A stretch of 64,000 bases of DNA from the human T2T-CHM13v2.0 reference genome, Homo sapiens, in the NCBI RefSeq assembly GCF_009914755.1, contig NC_060930.1. The stretch is one strand, 5' to 3'. Below, in pieces: positions 50,191 through 63,789 of the stretch. Within the stretch, counting starts at the first letter, position 1. Each line of letters begins with the position of its first letter. A model generated the notes under the pieces. It had not been told where the DNA came from, did not search any database, and worked only from the letters and a program-made list of their open reading frames with translations. Position numbers and translations under genes: made by a program.

Positions 50191-52390
50191 GGGTGCCCAG
50201 GGTTAGTGCCAGCTCACGTCATCACCCTCAGTGAGCCCCGGGTACATTTAACCATTGAGGGCCAGGAAATTGACTTCCTCCTGGACACTGGCATGGCCTT
50301 CTCAGTGTTAATCTCCTTTCCTGGACGACTGTCCTCAAGGTCCGTTACCATCCAAGGAATCCTGGGAGAGCCTGTAACCAGGTATTTCTCCCACCTCCTC
50401 AGTTGTAATTGGGAGACTTTGCTCTTTTCACATGCCTTTCTTGTCATGCCTGAAAGTCCCACACCCTTATTAGGGAGGGATATATTAGCCAAAGCTGGAG
50501 CTATTATCTACATGAATATGGGGAACAAGTTACTCATTTGTTGTCCCCTACTTGAGGGGTGAATCAACCGTGAAATCTGGGCATTGGAGGGACAATTTGG
50601 AAGGGCAAAAAAATGCCTGCCCAGCCCAAATCAGGCTAAAAGATCCCACCACTTTTCCTTATCAAAGGCAATATCCCTTAAGGCCTGAAGCTCATAAAGG
50701 ATTACAGGATATTGTTAAACATTTAAAAGCTCAAGGCTTAGTAAAGAAATGCAGCAGTCCCTGCAACACCCCAATTCTAGGAGTACAAAAACCGAATGGT
50801 CAGTGAAGACTAGTGCAAGATCTTAGACTCATCAATGAGGCAATAATTCCTCTATATCCAGTTGTACCCAACCCCTATACCCTGCTCTCTCAAATACCAG
50901 AGGAAGCAGAATGGTTCACTGTTCTGGACCTCAAGGATGCCTTCTTCTGTATTCCCCTGCACTCTGACTCCCAGTTCCTCTTTGCCTTTGAGGAGCCCAC
51001 AGACCACATGTCCCAACTTATGTGGATGGTCTTGCCCCAAGGGTTTAGGGATAGCCCTCACCTGTTTGGTCAGGTACTAGCCCAAGATCTAGGCCACTTC
51101 TCAAGTCCAGGCACTCTGGTCCTTCAGTATGTGGATGATTTACTTTTGGCTACCAGTTTGGTAGCCTTGTGCCAGCAGGCTACTCTAGATCTCTTGAGCT
51201 TTCTAGCTAATCAAGGGTACAAGGTGTCTAGGTCGAAGGCCCAGCTTTGCCTACAGCAGGTCAAATATCTAAGCCTAATCTTAGCCGGAGGGACTAGGGC
51301 CCTCAGCAAGAAATGAATACAGCCTATACTGGCTTACCCTCGCCCGAAGACATTAAAACAGTTGCAGGGGTTCCTTGGAATCACTGGCTTTTGCCGACTA
51401 TGGATCCCTGGATACAGCGAGATAGCCAGGCCCCTCTATACTCTAATCAAGGAGACCCAGAGGGCAAATACTCATCTAGTAGAATGGGAACCAGGGTCAG
51501 AAACAGCCTTCAAAACCGTAAAGCAGGTCCTAGTACAAGCTCCAGCTTTAAGCCTTCCCACAGGACAAAACTTCTCTCTATATGTCACAGAGAGAGCAGG
51601 GATAGCTCTTGGAGTCCTTACTCAGACTCGTGGGACAGCCCCACAAACAGCGGCATACCTAAGTAAGGAAACTGATGTAGTAGCAAAAGGCTGGCCTCAC
51701 TGTTTAAGGGTAGTTGCGGCAGTGGCTGTCTTAGTGTCAGAGGCTATCAAGATAATACAAGGAAAGGATCTCACTGTCTGGACTACTCATGATGTAAATG
51801 GCGTACTAGGTGCCAAAGGAAGTTTATGGTTATCAGACAACCACCTACTTAGATACCAGGCATTACTCTTTGAGGGACCAGTGCTTCAAATACATACATG
51901 CATGGCCCTCAACCCTGCCGCTTTTCTCCCAGAGGATGTGGAACCAATCGAGCATGACTGCCAACAAATTATAGTCCAGACTTATGCCACCAGAGATGAT
52001 CTATTAGAAGTCCCCTTAACTAATCCTGACCTTAACCTATATACCAGTGGAAGTTCATTTGTGGAGAATGGGATATGAAGGGCAGGTTGTGCCATAGTTA
52101 GTGATGTAACCATACTTGAAAGTAAGCCTCTTCCCCCAGGGACCTGCGACCAGTTAGCAGAACTAGTGGCACTTACCCGAGCCTTAGAACTGGGAAAGGG
52201 GAAAAGAATAAATGTGTATACAGATAGCAAGCATGCTTATTAAATCCTACATGCCCATGCTGCAATATGGAAAGAAAGGGAGTTCCTAACCTCTGGGAAC
52301 CCCCATTAAATATCACAAGGAAATCATGGAGTTACTGCACATAGTGCAAAAACCAAAGAAGATGGCAGTCTTACACTCCCAAAGCCATCG
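50191..52390 (+). pseudogene. pol: ERV9 pro-pol (protease, RT, RNase H), disrupted; integrase absent
   Basis: FLLDTG (50281), LPQGFRDSP, QYVDDLLL (51128), RNase H-like ELVALTRAL...NVYTDS. Confidence 0.92.
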
Positions 52391-52394
52391 AAAA

Positions 52395-52663
52395 GAGGAA
52401 GGAGAGGGGAGAACAGCAGCGTAAGTGGCTGGCAGAGGCAAGGAAAGACCAGCAGAAAGGAAAGAGAAAGAGACAGAAAGTCAGAGAGAGAGAAAGAGAC
52501 AGAGAGAAGAAGAGACAGACAGAGAGAGAGAAAGAGAAAGGAAGTCAAAGAGGAGACAGAGAGGAAGAGACAGACAGAAAGTCAAAGAGAGAAGGAAAGA
52601 GAGGAAGAGACAAAGAAGTCAAGGAGAGAGAAAGAGATAGAAGTAGTAAAAAAAAAAAAAAAA
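52395..52663 (+). repeat. GA-rich low-complexity tract ending in an A-run
   Basis: Almost pure purines, read directly from the sequence. Confidence 0.9.
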
Positions 52664-53199
52664 GCGTACCCTATTCCTTTAAAAGCAAAGGTAAATTTAA
52701 AACCTATAATTGATAATTGAAGGTCTTCTCTGTAGCCCTATAACACTCCAATACCACCTTGTTGTCAGTGTAAACAAGGGCATAGCCTGAAAGCACTGAG
52801 GCCACTGACAACCCGTAGCCTTCCTATCAGAAATCCTTAACCCGGCAGGTTTCCTAACAGGGTATCTAAATCTGAAGGTCCGATCAGACATAGGAGGAAC
52901 TCCCTTTAGTACAGGACAATAGATGTTTCCTCCTGGGCGATTAAAGAAAAAGACACAATGGGTATTAAAATTGCCTAACAATTGGTCTGCTCAAACGTGC
53001 AAGCTGTTTGCATTCAGCCAAACCTTAAAGTCCTTACAGAATCAGGAAGGAGCCGTCTATACCAATTTTAAGTTAATATGGACGGAACAAGGTCTTATTA
53101 ATAGCAAAGAATAATTGAAATCCCAAACTTACAAGGTTTTCAACATAAGTAAAGTTTGCTAAAAGTTAACAGTGTAAACATATATTATCCTAACCTCTA

Positions 53200-53814
53200 A
53201 TCTTGTGAAAATCAGACCCTATCAGTACCCCTCAAAGCTCAAATCCGTCAGCACAGAGCCATACAATTAATACCCCTACTTATAGGTTTAGGAATGGCTA
53301 CTGCTACAGGAACCGGAATAGTCAGTTTATCTACTTCATTATCCTACTACCACACACACTCAAAGGATTTCTCAGACAGTTTGCAAGAAATAATGAAATC
53401 TATCCTTACTCTACAATCCCAAATAGACTCTTTGGCAGCAGTACCGCTGGGACCTAGACCTCCTCACTGATGAGAAAGGAGTACTCTGCACCTTCTTAGG
53501 GGAAGAGTGTTGGTTTTACACTAACCAGTCAGGTATAGTATGAGATGCCACCTGGCGTTTATAGGACAAGGCTTCTGAAATCAGACAACGCCTTTCAAAC
53601 TCATACCAACCTCTGGAGTTGGGCAACAAGGTTTCTCCCCTTTCTAGGTCCAATGGCAGCCATCTTGCTGGTACTCACCTTTGGGCCCTGTATTTTTAAC
53701 CTCCTTGTTAAATTTGTTTCCTCTAGAATTGACGCCATCAAGCTACAGATAGTCTTACAAATGGAACCCCAAATGAGTTCAACTAACAACTTCTACCAAC
53801 GACCCCTGGACTGA
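53200..53814 (+). pseudogene. env: ERV9 env TM remnant
   Basis: Fusion peptide RAIQLIPLLIGLGMATATGTG; LDLLT...LCTFLGEEC; FLPFLGPMAAILLVLTFGPCIFNLLVKFVSSRI. Confidence 0.88.
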
Positions 53815-53966
53815 CCTGCTGGCCCTTTCACTGGCCCAGAGAGCTCCCCTCTGGAGGACACTACAACTGCAGGGCCCCTTCTTCACCCCATCCAGCAGGA
53901 AGTAGCTAGAGCAGTCATCGGCCAAATTCCGAACAGCAGTTGGGGTGTCCTGTTTAGAGGGGGGAT

Positions 53967-54010
53967 TGAGAGGTGACAACATGCCAGCAACCCTCGCTTG
54001 CTCTCAGTGC
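53967..54010 (+). mobile_element. Truncated 3' LTR (44 bp) after the polypurine tract agagggggga
   Basis: 42/44 identical to 46395-46438. Confidence 0.93.
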
Positions 54011-54328
54011 TACACAGATAAGCCTCAGAAACATTATGCTTAGTGAAATAAAGCAGACACAAAAGGTCATAAATTATATTGTTTCACTCATAAGAAATAT
54101 TTGGACTAAGTAAATGCATAGAAATGGAAAGCAAATTACTTGTTGACAAGAGCTGTATAAAAGAGGGAATGGGGAGTGACTGCTTTATGGTATAGTGTGT
54201 CCTTTCGGAGTGATGAAAATGTTTTGGACCTAGATAGAGGTGTTCCTCATACAACACTGTGAATGGACTGAATGCTACTATATTGTAAATTTAAATAGTT
54301 AATTCTATGTTGTGTGAATTTTAACTCA
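54011..54328 (+). mobile_element. L1MB-type 3' UTR fragment
   Basis: aacattatgcttagtgaaa...gtgatgaaaatgttttgga...tatgttgtgtgaatttta. Confidence 0.7.
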
Positions 54329-55078
<750 letters not shown>

Positions 55079-55084
55079 GAGCAT

Positions 55085-55292
55085 GTGTTCTTGTACTGTT
55101 TCCCAATGCTTCCAAATTGGATTAACTCCAGTGGTAGCGGCCTTAATATTTAACATTTTACTGGCTACATTCCTTGTCTTTCTGTTTCACTTCTCACTTA
55201 CCTCCTGATTTTCTCCACACCTCCAAAATAAACAACTTGCACACAGGGGCATTGGCTCAAAGTCTGATTCTAGAAGAAACTGATCTAAGACA
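55085..55292 (+). mobile_element. LTR16-like (ERVL) 3' fragment
   Basis: aaataaacaacttgcac...aaactgatctaagaca. Confidence 0.5.
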
Positions 55293-55519
55293 ACCAGGAT
55301 TGGGGCTCGACATCTTTAACTTAAAACCCCACTGAAATTTCATCATTTTCTTCTGGCATTCAGCCTTGTAAAGAAAAATGATGCAATCTGTTCTCTATGC
55401 AGGTGTTGTAAGGCTCCTTTAAATATCCATAAACCAAAAATGAAACTGTGTATTCATATTAAGTGAAATTTCTTTTTTTCTAGATTGTGGCACTAACTTT
55501 TTCTTCTCCACATTTGATA

Positions 55520-55960
55520 TGCCAAAAAGCAAGATTACAACAAATTTAGTTTAAAGATCTAATTGGTTTTTATTTGCAATTCTAGAATTGAGCAACATCT
55601 CAATCTATAAAATGGAATAGATATTCTAATGAGCTGAGCAGAAGATGTTGGCTTTATAGTCAGAAAAAAGGCTGAAGAAAGCAGAAATAAGGAATGAAAA
55701 ATAGATTTGGTCATTTCAAAGTTGCTTTCCTCATAGAGTTAAAAGAAAGGGAACTTTCTTATCATGCCAGCTCATGTAAACTGGGTCCTTCTGATTGGTT
55801 ATTGTGACTCTCCTGATTTTCTGGAAATCTGGCCCATTTCAGAGTTCAGTTAAGTGGCAACTAGCACTAAGAATTCTATTCTGGTTTGGTCTGGTGTGCT
55901 GGGGCCTCATACAGGAGCTTAATCCAAAATAATGGCCTCTCTTGAATTTATTTGAAATGT
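55520..55960 (-). mobile_element. ERV1 solo LTR, MER67/MER93/MER31 group
   Basis: Reverse of gaggccattattttggattaagctcctg...aatttgttgtaatcttgctttttggca. Confidence 0.65.
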
Positions 55961-56699
55961 ATTTTGGCTTTAAAAGGTTTTATTATATATTGTTGACCAT
56001 TGCTTTTCCAGTTTTTAAAAAATCATTTTATAGAGAAAGAATTATAAACTGAATATTTAAATTTTGCCCAGTATCATTCTTGTATTCATTTTCTGCCACA
56101 GTAATTCTACTCTGAACTGCTTCTAACAAGAATTTTAAGCCTAGCATAGTTTTGGTTCGAGTACATTTATTTCTCCTCTGTTTGACATTTCTCATCTTAT
56201 ATTTCACTGTTCATCTCATGTAATCCTAATTTATCATATTTTGCTTAAAACATGAAAAATTTATTCTAAAAACTTCTATTTTGCAGAGCAAAACCTCCGT
56301 AGGTAGACTCCCTGCTTAATTATTAGAACTATAGTTTTCTTTGTTTTAGAATTGATATACAGGCCCTATGCTTGCTGTCATTTTTATTTTCATTCTGCTT
56401 TAAACAAAAGTAGCTTCATTCAGATCAACAGAATGCCAACAAGCAAGTGCTGCTCTACTTTGAACTTCATGAGGTTCCCTTCTCAAATCTGAAGCTCAAG
56501 GGCAAGCTAATTTTTATAGGTCCAAGTAAAATGTATAGTCCTTAACCTTAACTTATACTTTTTAGACTACTACCCCAGGCTGAGGTAAGAGCTTCTCTGG
56601 CCCCATTTGCTTGCTTTCTAACAGTGAGGAGGTGTTTTTATCCCAAGTAATATGAAAACCCACAGGCTTTTCCTATCTCTTTCCCTTCCTCTTGCTTAG

Positions 56700-56888
56700 T
56701 GCTGATTTCACAAGATAGAGAATATCACTATTATTCCCCCGTCTGTACCATGCTTCACCTCAAAGGACTTGCAGTTTTAATCTGTAACATATCTGGAAAA
56801 AAAAAAAAAAACAACAAAAAACAGTTGCTATGTTTGAGTATGGGGAGGAATCAAAGGGAGAGTGAGGAAGGTTGGTGGGATCTGAGAG
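56700..56888 (+). pseudogene. Candidate exon L (donor at 56871 or 56889): ...LHLKGLAVLICNI...(A-run)...NSCYV*VWGGIKGRVRK
   Basis: Strong acceptor ttcctatctctttcccttcctcttgcttag; the frame is broken around the A-run. Confidence 0.4.
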
Positions 56889-57068
56889 GTGAGAAATGTC
56901 TGACAAAGTTTCCTTTCCAGAAGTTTGCATATGAGTTGATTTCTTATTCTGATCTGTGTGGATTGTGACAGGGAATTATTTCCTTCTAGAAAAACCTCTG
57001 TAGAGTGTTGGTTGTCTTTAGCTTTAGTTTGTCTCATTTTGGTGCATTTTTTATGCTTCTATCCATAG

Positions 57069-57329
57069 GAAGTTGGAAAGGGTCACATCCCAAAACTGAA
57101 AAGCAAAACCAAAGTCTGCATATGAAACTATGAGGTTGTGTGTCTGTGTCTGGAAGAAAGTTGGAGGTGGATAACGTGCAAGGACTTAAATAGAGTGCAC
57201 TTTGTTCACTGCTGCCTTCTTCAGATTTGAAGATCACAGATGGGGTTTGATAACGTGGTGCCCCAGCCCAAGAAAAGACGACAATAAAATAATGAAGGAG
57301 GAACCTAAGAGCAGCTAAGCATGCCTAAA
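57069..57329 (+). pseudogene. Candidate exon M (261 bp, phase 0-0): EVGKGHIPKLKSKTKVCI*NYEVVCLCLEESWRWITCKDLNRVHF...
   Basis: Acceptor ttttttatgcttctatccatag, donor GTAGGA at 57330, length divisible by 3, four stops. Confidence 0.45.
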
Positions 57330-58322
57330 GTAGGAATATATTTCTAGCTCATTTCTTCCCCACTCATAACTATTGAAAAGCAGCTGGCTGTTTCTTTAAT
57401 TTAATCCTTTGTCTATCTTAGAGTTGACAAAGCAGGTTCTATTTAAAGGAGCCTTTTACATTTTCAAAGGAGAAAAAAAATGGGGTGGGGGTGGCATATT
57501 ATATGAGGAAACTTTAAAAACTCTTCACAAAATATATATGTTGCAGGAGAAAAGTATCAGGGGAGAACCAAATGAGTTCGATGTTTCCTTGTTTCTGCAG
57601 TCTCTTGACCTGAGTTCTAATCCTGAATCACTGCCACATGACCTTGGAAGGTCATTTCATTTGTTTGGATCGCAGGTACTCTTCCAATCTTCTGGAATTC
57701 TTCCTGGGGCTTTAAATGTGTGTATCTTCCACTCTGAATTTCCTCCTGTGACCTGCCAAATTCACAAATAACACGGGAGAGGCTGTCGCACTGCATTTAG
57801 TTCTGCAGGATCACCAGCATGTGGGTGGATTCAAATCTATGATCTTACTATTTCATTTAACCCAGATGCTGCATTTCTTCTGCCTTCTCAGCTTAAGTGA
57901 GGTAGACTTGGACTGAAATGAACTGGCTTCATCCCAATCTGGAGAAGACAGATACTACCTGGCAAAAGCAAATATCTGGAGGAACAGACAGTTTGTCCCT
58001 TCTATTGAAAGCACACGTCTAGCTTTAGCTGGTAACCTCTTCAGTCTTAAAGCTATATTGAATTCATAATCAGAGCACTGGAAGAGACAATAAGAACTCA
58101 TCTCTTGTGTTCCTTTGACTGTTATAGAAAACTTCTATTTTCCCAGATAAATTGGTAAACCATCCATCCACCTTTGATTAGCCATTATAATGCAAGCAAC
58201 CTTTGACACAGATGACCCATATCAGCAAATAACCCATGAGTTCAATATATTAGACCTTGAGATGTATTATGTTATTTTTTTCCCCATCAGCTTATACTTC
58301 TGCTCAGGAAAAAAGAAAATCT

Positions 58323-58505
58323 GCATATTTCATCCAAAGATGACTACTACTTTTTCACATTTTAATATCTCTCAAATTAGAATGCATTTTACAATTGATG
58401 TTTTGTCATAATTTTTATTAGCAGGATCTTAGAGGTGATGTTATTAATATGTTAAAAATTATTACATCTTAAAGTTGATAGTGTCTTAGATTATGTTAAA
58501 TATGG
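58323..58505. mobile_element. MER104-like Tc2 DNA transposon
   Basis: catatttcatc...ttttcacattttaatatctct...gtcttagattatgttaaatatgg with degenerate terminal inverted repeats. Confidence 0.6.
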
Positions 58506-60304
58506 AAGTTGTAATTTCTTGCAAAGCTTTTGTCTTGATAGTACATGGTATTGAGGAGGCAATAGAAAGTAAACTTAGGAAGTGAACTTGAGAATTAGAG
58601 ATTAATTAATTTAAATTACCATTTAAATTAAATGGTATGTGTTTGCCTTATGTCTTGCCTGTGGTCAGCTTTTTGAGTGCAGAATTTTACTGTATATTTT
58701 ACTTATTCAATACGGTACCTTATTTATTATGAGCATTTTTATCTACATTGTCATAACACAAATACGTAGTCATTCATTGTGAGAGAACAAGATCACTAAA
58801 GAAAAGAGAAGAAGCTAGCATTAAATTTCCAACTTACTATTTGTGTTGACCAAATTTATATGACAGCAATCTTTTGTATTACTTTATATAGGAATTTTTC
58901 TATGATAAACTAAAATATTAGGAAAATTCATTAGTTATATCTGTAATCAAGAATCTCTTATGCCAGTGATTTTCAAACTTGGTTGCACATGAAAATCACT
59001 AAGAAGATTTTAGAAAATACCTGTGAAGTCTGGACTCGATCACACACTAAATTAAAGCAGAGATTCTGGGAGTAGGGTCCTGGCATTTTTAAAATACACT
59101 TCTCCAACAATAGAGAAAATGAACAATTGTATGTGAACAAATTGGATAATCTAGATGAAATCGACAAATTCCTGGAAACACATAACCTACCAAGACCAAA
59201 TCATGAAGAAATAGAAAATCTGAATAGACCTATGGCTAGCAAGGAAACTGAAGCAGTAATAAAAAACCTTCTAGCAGAGAAAACCCTTTGACAAGATGGC
59301 TTCATTGGTGAGTTCTTTCAACCATGTAAAGAAGAATTAACATGAATCCTTATCATGTTTTTCTTCAAAAAAATTGAAGCGAACATTTCCTAACTTATTC
59401 TATGAAGCCAACATTACCCTGATACCAAAGCCAGACAGACACTATAAGAAAACTATAGACCACTATCTTTGATGAGTAATCAAATAAAAATCCTCAACAA
59501 AATACTAGTAAACAAAATTCAACTGCATGTTAAAAGGATTGTAACCCATGATCAAGTGGGATTTAATTCTGAAATGTAAGAGTGGTTCAATATTTGAAAA
59601 TTAATCAATACAACACATCAACAGAATGAAAGGAAAAAAATAACATGACCATCTCAATTAATACAAAAAAGGCCTTTGACAAAATTCAACACCCTTTCCT
59701 GATAATACACTCAATATTAAGAATGGAAAGAATTTATCTAAACATAGTAAAGTCCTACCTGAGAAAGTCACAGCTAACACTATGCTCAATCATAAAAGAC
59801 TGAAATATTTTCCTTTAAGATGAGGAACAAGGCAAGCCTGCTTTCACCACTTCTCTTCAACACAGTACTGGATGTCCTAGCCAGAGCAATCAGTCAAGAA
59901 AAAAATGGCATTTAAATTGGATAGAAACAACACAATTATTATCAGTCACAGGCAACATAATCTTATATGTAGGAAACCCTAAAGATTACAAACAGACACA
60001 CAGAACAGCTAGAACTAAAAAATGAATTCAGCAATTTCAAAATCCAAAATTAACACTCAAAAGTCAATGGCATTTCCGTAACAATATACAGTCCAAAAAG
60101 GAAATTAAGAAAACAATTTTGCTTACAATAACATCAAAAATAATACTTTGGAATAAACTTAACCAAATAGATGAAAGACTTGTAGAGTGAAAATTACAAA
60201 ATGGTGCCAAAGGAAATTAAAGAAACAAGTAAGTAGAAAGATATTCCATGTTCATAAATTTGAAACATTAGTATTTTTAAGATATCAATAATACCCAAGG
60301 CAAT

Positions 60305-60696
60305 AAAGAAAATGTGGTACATATACATGGTAGAATACTGTGCAGTCATAAAAAAGAATGAAATCACATTCTTTGCAGCAACATGGGTGGAGCTGGAGGC
60401 CATTATCCTAAGCAAATTAACACAGAAAAACAGAAAACCAAATACTGCATGTTCTCACTTATAAGTGAGAGCTAAACATGGAGTACACATGGAGACAAAG
60501 AAGGAAACTATAGATACCAGGGCCTACTTGAGAGTGGAGGATGGGAAGGATTGAAAAATGACCTATCAGGTATTATTCTGGTTCCTCAGGTGACAAAATT
60601 GTCTGTACACCAAACCCCCATGACATGCAATTTACCCATGTGACAAACCTGCATGTATACCACTTGAACCTAAAATAAAAGTTGGAAAAGAAAAAC
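60305..60696 (+). mobile_element. Short L1PA15/16-like 3' end nested in L1MB; TSD aatacccaa(g/a)gcaat
   Basis: TSD at 60290-60304 and 60697-60711; 3' end gaacctaaaataaaagttgg. Confidence 0.85.
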
Positions 60697-61331
60697 AATA
60701 CCCAAAGCAATCTATAGATTCAATTCAATCACTATCAAAATCCCAGAATCCCAAAATTCTGTTTCATACAGAAATAAAAATAAGCCATTTTAAAATGTAC
60801 ATGGAATTTCAAGGAACCCCAAATAATCAAAACCATCTTTAAATTGTAGAGCAAATGTGAAGGTCTCATACCTCCTGATTTCAAAACTCACTACATACCT
60901 ACACTAATCAAAACAGTGCAGTACTGGCATAAAAACAGACATATAAATCGATGGAGTAGAATAGAGCCCAGAAACAAACCCTTATAATATGTAGCCAAAT
61001 GATTTCAACAAGGGTGCCAAAACTATTCTGAAGTAAAAAGTTTTGTCAGCTGATGATGCTGGGTAAACTGGATATCCACATTCCAAAGAATGAAGTTGGA
61101 CCCTTAACACCATATACAAAATTAAACTCAAAATTAATCAAAGACCCTAATGTACAAACAAACTATATAACTCTGAGAAGAAAACATAAGGTAAAAGCTG
61201 CATGACATTAGATTTGGCAATGATGTATTAAATATAAAACCAAAACCACTAGCAACAAAAGAAAAAACAGATAAATTGGACTTTGTTAAAATGAACAACT
61301 TGTGTGCTTCAAAGGACACTAACAACAGGGT

Positions 61332-61559
61332 GGCAGGGTGTGATGACTTACACCTGTAATCCCAGCACTTTGGGGAGCCAAAGCAGACAGATCACTTGAG
61401 CTCAGGAGTTCAAGACCAACCTGAGCAACATAGCAAGATCCCATCTCTACCAAAAAAAAATTGGCCAGTTGTGGCGGGGTATGGTATGCCATGATTATGC
61501 CACTGCATTCCAGCCTGGGAGATGTAGTGATACCCTGACTCAAAAAAATTTGTGTATCT
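61332..61559 (+). mobile_element. AluJ with right-arm internal deletion; TSD taacaacag(g/a)gt
   Basis: Left arm gatcacttgagctcaggagttcaagacc; about 80 bp missing from the right arm. Confidence 0.8.
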
Positions 61560-62817
61560 TAACAACAGAGTGAAAACGCAACCCAAAGAGTGGAAGAGAA
61601 TATTTGCAAATCATGTATCTGATGAGGGGTTGATATTCAAACTATATATTAAAAAAAAAACTTTTACTCAGCAACAACAGAAAAAGCCAACCTGATTAAA
61701 AACTGAGCAAAAGACTAGAATGGATATTTCTCCACAGAACATATGCAATGGCCAATAAGCATATGAAAAGATGCTCTATATCACTCATCACTAGGGAAAT
61801 AGAAATCAAAATTATAATGAGATAACACTTCACATTCATAGGATGGCTATTTTTTTAAATTTAAAAACAAAACGGAAAATAATAGGTGTTGGTGAAGATG
61901 TGGAAAAATTGAAGCCTTTATTTATTGCTGGTGGGAATAAAATATGGTGCAGCTGCTATGGAAAATGATATGATGGTTGCTTAAAAAGTTAAATTAGAAT
62001 TTCCCTGTGATCCAGCAATTCCATTTCTGGTTATATATACAAAACAATTAAAAGCAGTAACTTGAACAGATATTTGTACACCCATGTTCATAGCAACATT
62101 ATTCACAATAACCAAAAGATGGGAACAACTCAAATGCACATTGACTGACAAATAGATAAACAAACAGTAGAATATACATATAGTGGAGTATTATGCAGCC
62201 TTTAAAAAAAAAAGAAATTAAGAAAAATTTGACACATGCTTCAAGATAAATGAACCTTAAGGACATTATGCTAAGTGAATAGCCCAATATAAATGACCAA
62301 TACTAGGTGATTCCACTTATATGAGATACCTAGAGTAGTCAAATTCATAGAGACAGAAAGTAGAATGCTGGTGACAGGGGCTGGGGGAGGGGGAAATGGG
62401 GAGTCATTTAATGAATACAGAGTTTCCATTTGGGAAGATGAAAAAGATCTGGAGATGAATGGTGGAGATGGTACACAGCAATGTGAATGTACTTAATGCC
62501 AGTGAACTATGCACCTAAAAATAGTTACAATGGCAAATATTATGTTATGTATATTTGCCATAATTAAACATTAAATTCAAAAAAACCCAAACTTCCCCAG
62601 GCGTTTTCATACAGCCAAGTTTGAGAACCATGGAGTTATACCAAATGATTGTCTCAAGTAAGCCTGGACACATTTGACAGTTGAGTTCTTCTAGATGGAA
62701 GCACAAACGGTTTTGCTCCATGCGATTCCCTGCTTCTAACACAGAGCTTGTCACAATTTATAATAATCCTATCTCCTTTATATTGACCCCAATTATGTGT
62801 CAGAAATTGTGCAAGGC

Positions 62818-63130
62818 CAATTGTTCTCAAAGATTAGCGTGCATCAGAATTACCTGGATGACTTGATAAAACTTGACCAGAAGAGTTAGGTATAGGTTAT
62901 TGCGTTTCTAATAATTCCCTAATGGTGTTGGGCTGGGGACCACAGGTTGAGCACTACTTTGCCAAGCACCTTTTATGTTACAACAACATGTACAACAATC
63001 TATGGGGAAGGTATCATAAGGGAGGCTGAGGCATCAACATATTAAATGATTTGTACAACATTACACGCCAGGAGGTATCAGAGATGGGATTAAATCCCAG
63101 GACTCTCTTACTCCCAGTCCCCTCCAATTA
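62818..63130. mobile_element. MER5-type fragment followed by a MIR fragment
   Basis: gttctcaaa...gcatcagaattacctgg...gggaccacaggttgag; gggattaaatcccagg. Confidence 0.5.
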
Positions 63131-63789
63131 TTGCCATTTCACCGTGCTCTGCAAACGTGTCATTAAATGGATAAATATCTTTAGTAGGTTCTCAGCAGAC
63201 TTCAATGGAAAACTAAAATTTGCTTAAAAATATTTTTTTAAAAAACTTAAAGTCAGTGGAGGGGACAGTCTTTTACAGACTTACTCAGTAGCAGTCCAAG
63301 GTGGTGTTTGCAAATGTCATCACTTGCCCATATTCAATCACATGCCATTTGGATCTAGCAGTGAATTTCACTTGTTAGCAATTTAGCTGACGGTACCCTT
63401 CCCCTGTCAAATTATTTTCAGGCATGCTCCCTCTTTGGTGCTAGAAATGTCTTCTCTCTCTTTCTATATATTTTTCTAACTTATTAATTCAACTTACCAC
63501 TATCCCCAAGGAGGCCATTTTCCATGCCCACTGGTTGGTTTTTGTCTCCCCTCTTTAATCCTTATTTCTATTCACAAATAGACTTAAACAACTTCTTTTT
63601 TGCCCAAACGGTTCAAACATTATGTTATAAAAATAATGGGCAAAGAAGGACTTTCCCCTTATTAATATCTACAGAAAAGGGGAAAAAAATCAGAGAAAGA
63701 AAAAGAAAACACATGTAGAGAAAAATAGGAAATAGCAAATAAGTTGGAATTCCCAACTAGTTGATATTCTTTATTCAAATGTTTACTTA

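Larger units (their letters stand above)
46395..54010 (+). mobile_element. ERV9/HERV9 provirus, defective
   Basis: LTR, PBS, gag, pro, RT/RNase H, env TM remnant, PPT and start of the 3' LTR, in order. Confidence 0.95.
59105..62585 (+). mobile_element. 5'-truncated L1MB (MB2/3-like)
   Basis: Degenerate ORF2 RT region; 3' UTR gcaatgtgaatgtacttaatgccagtgaact. Confidence 0.85.
58964..62632. mobile_element. MER5A-type DNA transposon split in two (58964-~59100 and ~62590-62632) by an L1MB insertion
   Basis: Start cagtgattttcaaacttggttgcacatgaaaatcac; end ccccaggcg...cagccaagtttgagaacca. Confidence 0.65.

Noticed and set aside
50813-52078. 167- and 238-aa ERV9 pol ORFs as a domesticated gene
   Set aside because: They are bounded by stops and frameshifts, and their length fits neutral decay of a fairly young provirus.
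52425-52640. Arg/Glu/Lys-rich 71-aa ORF
   Set aside because: Artefact of the GA-rich tract.
56699-56968. 89-aa ORF as a standalone small gene
   Set aside because: It starts at a GTG overlapping a splice acceptor and crosses an A-run, so it is better read as a decayed exon.
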